IMG/VR virus record: IMGVR_UViG_3300024344_003209
Location: 35,224-99,223 of that record
DNA: 64,000 nucleotides
Source: a virus
Reading direction: 5' to 3' (one strand)
Part shown: positions 17,301 to 26,300 of the stretch, piece by piece
Numbering within the stretch: position 1 is the stretch's first letter
How the letters are laid out: each line of letters begins with the position of its first letter
The notes under the pieces: generated by a model
Told to the model about the DNA's origin: nothing
Database searches by the model: none
Seen by the model: the letters and a program-made list of their open reading frames with translations, nothing else
Made by a program: the position numbers and the translations under genes

Positions 17301-20300
17301 CCAAGGTATTTTTAAATACATTGGGCTAGTCATAGACGATATATCTTTCTTAAAAAATACATCTCTTTTCACGCCCCTTTGATTACTAAAGAAAGTAACA
17401 CCAAATTTATATGCATCATTGTAATCTTCTATAGTTTGAAACCCTGTCTGGCCTTCTTTAGGCTCGTTTTTATTAGTGTTGAATATATTTGAAAATTTAT
17501 ACCTAGCTCCCTCATATTGAACATTAATGCCTCTCTTCTCTAATGTCCTCTCCATTTGCCATTCTTTTTCGTCAAAGTATGTTGGGTCTTCTATTAGATG
17601 AGGTATATCTAAATCTGTAAGCTTAATAAACCAATCTTCTCTTCTTTGCTTTCTTATTTCTGAATATGTTATATCGGTAGATGAAGTGAAGTCGGCTCTT
17701 TCACACGAGTAAACAGGAGAACTATAATTAATCAATTCATCCTCCTCGTTACTTTCTGAGTATTTTACATTTATTTCTCCATTTGAAATATTTGCTATCT
17801 TTAAATTATCAACACTTGCTACTTCTACATCTGCATTATGAGTTAAAATAAATACCTTGCTTGCGTTTGGAGTTATAGAGTATTTAGGTCTTACTAATTT
17901 TGTTCCTGCTCCCCAACTTCCAACTACATAAGAATTTTTAGAAAGTTGTAAATCCAAGCCTTCCTTTAAACAATCATTCCCTGATACGTTTAAAAACACA
18001 GTTCCAGACTGTATAGTTCCCTCTACCTCAAATGGATCTTTAAATACTATAGATTTATTCGCATAAAGAGACTTTCCGCAATAAAATCTACGAAGAAACG
18101 TTCTTTCCTCATCTAGGATGTCTTCATTATATAAGTACCTAATTAGGTCAACATAGGATTGCTTTTTAGTAATGTTGCCAACCGCAGCTTCTCCGGCTTG
18201 AGTTATGTTATATAAGTTCTTGCCTGATAAAGACGCAAACCTATATGTGTCCTCATCGGCATCATAATCCACTGTTCCTTCTAGATTGAATTTGTATACA
18301 TTTGTATCTTTTAGATTTCCCTCTATATCAAACCTATTATACAAAGACAAAGATATATTAGCTGACTTATCCAAAATATAATCAAAGTTTTTCTTTGGCA
18401 ATAATATTTTATCATTCGCCTGAGACAACCTAAACTCATCCAGCCTACAGCCTATATCCACTAAGTCAAAGCTCGTTGAACCATTATTAGCCACGCTAAA
18501 AGAAATTGGGCCTACTGCGGGTATATTTTTTACAGAGCTAGCGGCATCCATTATAGAAAATCCATTAAAAGACATAGAAATAACAGAAGGAATCCCGCTT
18601 TTTCGGTCTTGATCTACTGTATCGCTAGAAATAAAAGGAATAAAGTCAGCGCTAAAAAACTGCGGAACGCTGAAAGATCTAATGACTTGATCATTAAATA
18701 AAATAGCCTGTTTCTCGTATAACCCTTTGTCTAAATTTACTGTACCGTCTTTAATCTGCTTTATTAATCTATGTACGTTGTCTTTGTTTTTTAATACTAG
18801 AGCAGCAGAGCTAACTAGCATGTGCTTATCTTTATCTACTTGCAAGGTTTGGCTACTACCTATCAGCTTAAGGCCAAGGTTTGCTCCTGAGTTATTTATT
18901 ATGTTTGTTTGTGGTATTTCATTATTTATAATAAAACTTGAGCTCTGCCTAGTCACGGTGAAAGCCTTTAAATCTTTCCTATAAATGCCCCTCTCTACTA
19001 CTGTGCAATCAGAAGGGCCAGAAGATGCGAAAGCGTTTGAAGCATAACTTATTTTTATAAACTTACCCGACGCTAATGTTGTGTTAAAAACCGCAGACCC
19101 TTCAGGAGAGGTTATCTGTATTGAGTCTCTAGATCCATTTATTATTATAAAATCAAAATCTCTTGTTATTAACTTTCTTCTCGGTAAGGATATGTTAGTG
19201 TTATCTGCTACAGATATTATAGCTCTATTTTTTTGTTCGCCATCTACTGAGGAATCAGAGAACAAAGCTTTAGATTCTTTTATTTTTAATAACTTTGCAT
19301 CTCTTAAATCTACATTAACTAAATTTGATTGATAAACTTCTACTTCCGATTTTTCTCCTATGTCTCCTAGATTAATATCGCCATTTATATAAAAAGCAGA
19401 GAACCCAGTATCATTGTAAGCAGAAAAGTTTGGCGAAAGCAGCTCTGCTACAGAAAACTGCAAAGCTTTATTTTTTGGCAACAAAGCAGGAGTTAAATCC
19501 TGATCGTAATATTTATCAAACCTACCGCCACTGTGAGTAAAAGATCTGTAAGCCCCTCTAGACGGTATAATTTTTTCATTGATAAACGACTGCAAATGAG
19601 AAGAGAGAACAGCCGATTCAGCTCCACCGTTACCATCATAACCCTTAGCTGTAACAGACACATCCTCATATACAGTATTGACTAAATTAAGTTTAACCAA
19701 ACCCTCTTCCCCCACTCCCATGATCTTATAAATTGATTCATCGGCATGAGAAAAGTCTGTTTCGTCAGGAAGGACTAAGTAATCATTTATTTTCTTTGAG
19801 TCCGCAACGCTTAGACCTTCGTAATAAAAACCAATAGTAATTGGGCATTGAATACCAAATATGTTATATTTTTTCTCAGAATTTAAGTCTGCAGAAGAAT
19901 AAACAAAGTCATCAGAAGTGTTTGCTGGATCAGTATCTTGCTCTATCTCTATATAGGTAAAGTATTCTCCAGAGTCGTCATCAAAAGCAAATTGAGCCAG
20001 TTCAGCAGTATAAAATTTAGAGGAATGCAATTTACCTTCAGAAGTTAAGTTCTCTATACCGTAGCTATCTGCTGATTCATAATTTATATTAACATTAATT
20101 GGCTCTTTAGATATATTAGATATAAAGAATTTTGTGTTTTCATCATACGCAGCTTTACCATAGTCATCCCCTATATTACTTGAGACGTATGGCCTTAAGA
20201 AATTAATATCTCCATCTACTAAAATCTTCTTATTGTGATGTATGCTATGGTCAATAATTATATCGCCGGGTTTCATTATGAAAAACTCAGCCGTCGATCC

Positions 20301-23300
20301 TTTTGTGACTTTAGCTATTTTGCTATCTTCGTCTATATCAAAAGTATAACCATTAACTTCATTAACATTAAACAAAGTATGATTTGTTGGATCACCGTAA
20401 TTATTTTTGTCATTTATGAATGCAACTGAATCTGAGTTTAAAGTAAACCCTGTAGTATTATTAAAATTTTCAACCCTAACAGGCCTATCATGAAGATTAA
20501 CAACAGCTACCTTACCACCATTAGAGCCAACTAAATCTTCTAGGTTAGCCCAATTATTTGGTAAAACTATTTTTAAATCATCGCTATGCTCATCTGGCTT
20601 AAAGAATATAAAATTATGTTCAAGTCCTGAATCATCAGCCTTACTCAAATATTTTCTGTCTAATACGTGAAGCTCATTTTTTGGATAGTATATTATATCG
20701 CTAGCGTTAGCAACGGTAGAGTTTTGATCCTGCTCAACAAACGTGCCACCGCTAGTGTGTTTTGCAACTCTGTTCTTTTTAATTTCATACTTAGCGTTAT
20801 TATTAGTGTTAGATATAGCGACTTTACTTAAGCCCGCATTTATATAATAATCACCATCAAAATTAGAATCAGACAAGTCTGCCTTAGCATGAAACTTACC
20901 ACTTAAAAATACAGTATCCTTACCTTGAAGGCTCTCTACAGAGCAGGTATCAGTGCTGCCATCCTCTGTGTACCCTGTTACGTAATGAACGCCGGAAGGA
21001 GTACTACTGCCACTTGTGTATACGTTAGAGTAATGCTGTTGCAATGATGCAGTTTTATTTATTTCTAGAGACTCAATTAGCTGAACATTGTCAGAGAAAG
21101 TCTTTATAGCTTCCGCAGGGGCGTTATTAACTATGTCTAAACTAGAAGTGTCAATATTGTTTACATAAAAGGTATCAGTCAACCTTGAGTCCTCTTTTTC
21201 CAACCTTTCGTTAGTACTTAGAGCAGAATCTAAGTAAAGCTCTATATTATTACCATCTAAAACTTTTACAAAATATGTTTGCTTTCTAGATTCAGAAGAA
21301 TCATCATCTGCAGAAATAGTCAAGCTGAACTCAGTAGCGGTTTCTGTAGAAAGGCCTGTTTTATTTCCAAAGAAATCGTACATCTTAGTTGTACCTTTTA
21401 TATAAGCAAAAAGCCTATTTACCTCTACGTCGCCAGCCACTAACTTCCTAGAGCTAGTGTTTAAACCTAAAACATCAGAAAAACTATAAGGATAATCAAA
21501 GTTGGTTTTAATTAATTTGTAATCCGCCCCTCTATAGTAAGTAAAGTAATATGCACCACTAAGATAACAAAGAACGCTATCACCATCAGAGAAGCCTTGT
21601 GGGTTCTGCGGGGAAGTCTGGTTATGGTAATCATCCGGATCTCCAGCATAATAATGATCTGCTACTATAACCTTTTCGCAATTAAAAGTCAACTTTTGAT
21701 ATGTAGTCAAACCATGGTTTTTAAAATTAAATTTATTAGTACTAAAAGACAGGTATTCAATAAATTCACCTTCAGCATTAAACATTGTTTCCATGTTTTT
21801 CTGCGAGTACTTGTGCTCTTTTTTTGTATAAATGTCTTTTTTAATCGCCGACTCTAAATATACATTATCTACTGATCCATCTAAAACAACAAAGTCGCCA
21901 TCAGATAAATCTTGTGAATGATTTTGCGTCTTATTAGTATATACAAAATTATTATAATCAGTTTCTTTTCTTTCCGACTTATCGTACAAAAAGTTAGTAG
22001 AACTAAATTCTGCAACTTCTGATATATCAAGCAAAACATCACGAGAAGAAGATTCTGCAGGTAAGGAAGCTTTAGCTCTAGTTTTAGCTAGATTGCAAAA
22101 CACTAAATCAAACGGGTGATCATAAGTGTTGTCATTGATCGTAGGTAACTCAAGACCTAGGTCTTCGCTTCTGTTCACTATCACTTTTTCCCCAGTCGAA
22201 GAAGGTTGATCAAATTTATACCTATCTGACTGGTCTAGCTCTTCGATCACAAAAGTAAATTGATTTTTACTTCTTATAGATATAACTCTTTCTTTTGACA
22301 GCGGGGTATTATAGTAAAATCCAATCTCATCACCATACTTATCCACAAACTTAACCGACTCATCATCGGAAGATAAACCAATCAAAACATCCTCATCGAC
22401 GTCTTTTTTAGAAGTAACAAAAATTTCAAAATTACTATCGTATCTATCAGAGGCGAACTTAAAGTCTATTGAGCCACCTTGACCTGAGTAGGAATATACT
22501 CCCTGAAAGTCCTCATTGCTAACTGAGACCTCGTTAAAAACTATAGGTTTTATATCTTTAAACTCGAAGTCAGACCCATTAAATTTAATTCTAGTGCCAA
22601 GACTATTGCTTGGGGCAGTGTACTTCAAGACTCCATTTATAAAAATTCTCATCACAGGAGTAATCCAGTCCTCCCTGCTACCCTCTATATTAAAATTTTC
22701 TATTTGATTTCTAACTACATTTACGTATCTACCACTAGCTATAGTCCCTGTTATTTTTATGTCTACGTCTTCGTTGTGAACTATAGTGTTACCTGCAGAT
22801 GCGAAATGAGAACTAGTTAAATTTAATTGATTATAGCTTACTACTTCGATATCACTTGCCGCCCAGTTGTTATTATTATAAGTAAATTTTCTAGCTGCTT
22901 TGGGTGGTATATAATCTGTCAGTTTAGAGTTAACTGTATGACTAGAATTTTCTGCTAAAACTTTAGTCTCGTAATTAGTTGCGTTAAGGAAAGTTATATG
23001 CTGGCTGTTAGATAAGTTGTTTGGTAATATTAAATCTGCACTGCAATCAATAACCCCTGTTATGTTAGCATCATCGTTTGTCAGCTTTATCTTGTCGTGC
23101 TCCATTATTATAGCATTGCTATCTACGCTACCATTAGTAACACTAAGAGAACTAGTCGAAAGATTGATCACTTTATTAGTGCTGCCGCCAGCTATCGTAA
23201 CTTTAGAGCAATCTTCTACGACAACTGGGTCATTTGTATCTGTTATTGTGGCAACAGGAATAGGTGTTTCTACGCTTCCGTCATTAGCTGTTATATTTAA

Positions 23301-26300
23301 TACATCAGCTGGAATCGAGCCAACAGGATTTGATGATGCGGTATTAGCTACACTAGCCCCGGAAACTATAAAAGTTTTACCTTTGTCATCTTCTGTGGCT
23401 ATTAAGTTGCTAGTTATAATTGGGGGGTTGTAAAAGTTGTCTACAGGAGAAAAAGTGAGACTACTAACGCTTGTTAGGGTTGAGGTGCCTCCATCACCAG
23501 TAGTAGCTGAAGAGCAAGAAAAATTAATTATTTTGTCATTATTATCTTTTAGTTCGTCGAAATGACTTCCAGTTATAGATGGGGTTACAAAAGCTCTTGT
23601 CTCTTCAGCAGGAAGTCCAAAAAGCTCAGCGTCTCTTTGGGTTCCTAAATAGCTATCTTCTTTTCTTGTCAATAGTAAACCGCTAGGCTTAGGCCCTAAT
23701 ACGGTATTTATGTTAGATAGAGAACTAGAAAAGCCTCCATTTTTACGTATCCTGACACCAGTTAAGCCAGCTAAAGATATAGGTTTAGATGTTAAAGACG
23801 ACTCACTAGATACAACATCACCATCTACGTTAGTTTGCAAAGTTTCTATTTTTAACTCGCTAACCAAGTCTTTATATATATTTTCACTTGTATTTTTTAT
23901 TAAATAATACTCCCTTGTAGGATCAAGAGTAACGACAGCATCTCCGGCTGAATCTATAACTGTATCGCTAGCCTGCTGTGTTATATTCACAAGAGTCTGG
24001 CTAGTTGGCATAGTCACATCTAAAGGTAAGAAATTAATCTTTTTGATTACTTTAGTTAAATCATTTTCTAATTCTATATTCTGTTTCTTTTTTATTCTAA
24101 ACTCTATTTCTTCTGGTCTATACTTTCTAGTTATATCTGTCCTCATTAATATATAAGGTATGGAGTTTACTACTTGTATATTATTGAAAGAGTCGGCTCT
24201 GTTTTCTGTATAATCATTATTATAAAAAATTCTCTGCTCAACAGAAGTTGATGTAGGCTCGACATCTGACCAAGTCGTACCGGAATTCAAAGAGTATTGC
24301 AATTCATAATCCCAACCCCTTTGAGAGCTATAAGAATCTTTAGTGCCAAGATCTCCTATTAGTACCGCATTTTTAGTATATATTTTATATACGTATTTAG
24401 TTATTCTTAATCTAGATCCAGCGGAGAACGCTCTTCTGTCTATGTCGTCTCTACTTGTTATGTAGTTGCCTCCCTTAATGTTGGATCTTATAAAACCTAT
24501 ATCTTCCCCCGCCACATCTTCATAAAGGTAAGGGGCAGCTAGGAAGTCTTTCTTTGCGTCTTTTGCTCCGTCTTTGTATTTATAACTTTCAAATCTTATT
24601 CTGTCTATATCGCTTATTGATGTTATAGGAGAACCTTCATAATTTTTATTTATATGAGGGTTATTTGGTGCTTGATATGCGTACCCCCTTATATAATTAA
24701 TCATAGCCCTACTTGAGCTAACGCTTAAATTATCTGACTCTGAAGATGAAGCGAGCCACTCACCCATATGGTAGGTATCTTCCTCGTTTGTATTTTCTTT
24801 GTACTCGTTAGGTGGAGCTACATTGTTAAAAGAATTTTTATTTGTTATCCAGTTTCCGGGAACAACTTCTCTTCTAGATAAGAATCTTAAAAGCTTATAC
24901 GACCTAGGGTTAGCTTCTTTCTCTAATACTGGCGGAGAAGGCTTAGCGAACGTCCCATTTATCTCATTCGATTTACCAACATAAAGCCTAATGTTATAAA
25001 GCCTACCAATAAAACCATCCCCAATAACTAAAGATTTATTATTTTTTGCCTCTAAGTCATTAAATTCAAAAGCATTATTTGTTTTCTCTTTGCCATCGAC
25101 AAATAATTTTAAATCTATTTGTTTAGTTGACTTATTAAAAGTTGCAGATATAGCAACATGATGCCAAGTATCATTAGTTAAAGCTGACCACGTTATCGCA
25201 TCTTGTCCAGATATTTTAAATTCTAATACATGGTTAGGCTTCATTGAAACTTCTATAACACCAGATTTGGTAATTATTTTTTTATCTTGAGATCCGTTAG
25301 GCTTTATCCAAAAGTCCAAAGAGAAATTACCTTTTAAGATATTAAAAGATCTATGGCTACCTAAATCAAGCTTATCTCCGGCATCAAAGACCATAGCTTG
25401 GACAGATGTGCCAGATACAGTATCTGAAGTTGTAGTTACATGAGGATTATTGCTATCATCTTCATTTACGTTGTCTATCTTATGCTCAAACTTAGACCAA
25501 TCATAAATAGAGTTGCTGGCTTTAGATTTTAATATTAGACTATCAGCGGATTCATTAACGGTCCTTATGTTGGTTTTATTAGTAGTGATCCTTGACTTAG
25601 TCCACTCGAGAGCCCTTATTTTAAGGTTGCTTGAAGGATTATTAAACGTTGAATTTTTTAAATTCACAGTTAAGCTAGAAGAGTCTAAAGCTTCTAAAGC
25701 TGGGCATACTTGAGACCAATCGCTAGTTCCGTCCTTTGCTTGTATCTCATAATAAACTCCCGCAGTGGGATTCTTTATTGTTATGCTCCTTTCTCCTGCA
25801 GTTGACCCAGCGAAAGTCAAAGGGTCGGATGCATTTCCCTCTCCAGTAACAGAAATACCATCGTAAGACAAAACCCCTATTGCTTCATTTGCCCTAGAGA
25901 CCCTATTGTTAACCAAGCTACATCTAAAATTGTCAGGCTGGTAAGTGTATACGCTATCTGTGTTAACTAAATCTATGTCAGTTATTTCGTAGTTGCTATT
26001 ATTAGAATAGTGAAACTCATCTCTAACTTCGTTATTCAACAAAAAGTAAGAAGGGTCTTTAAAAGGAAACACTTGTTGTGAAATATGAGGCTTTTGGTAG
26101 ACCTGAGTCATATATAACTTCTCCTCACCTAAAGCTTCTGGGTTTCTGGTAGAGGGGTTAATAGAGAATGGACTTAGAGCCTGCCCTTGTTTAGAAGAAA
26201 AAACAGAAGGAGAATAGTTATTAGCCTGAGTAGAATTATCAGAATCAATATATATATCTCTTTCTAAATAGAAAACAGTAGAGTCACCTAATTCACTAGC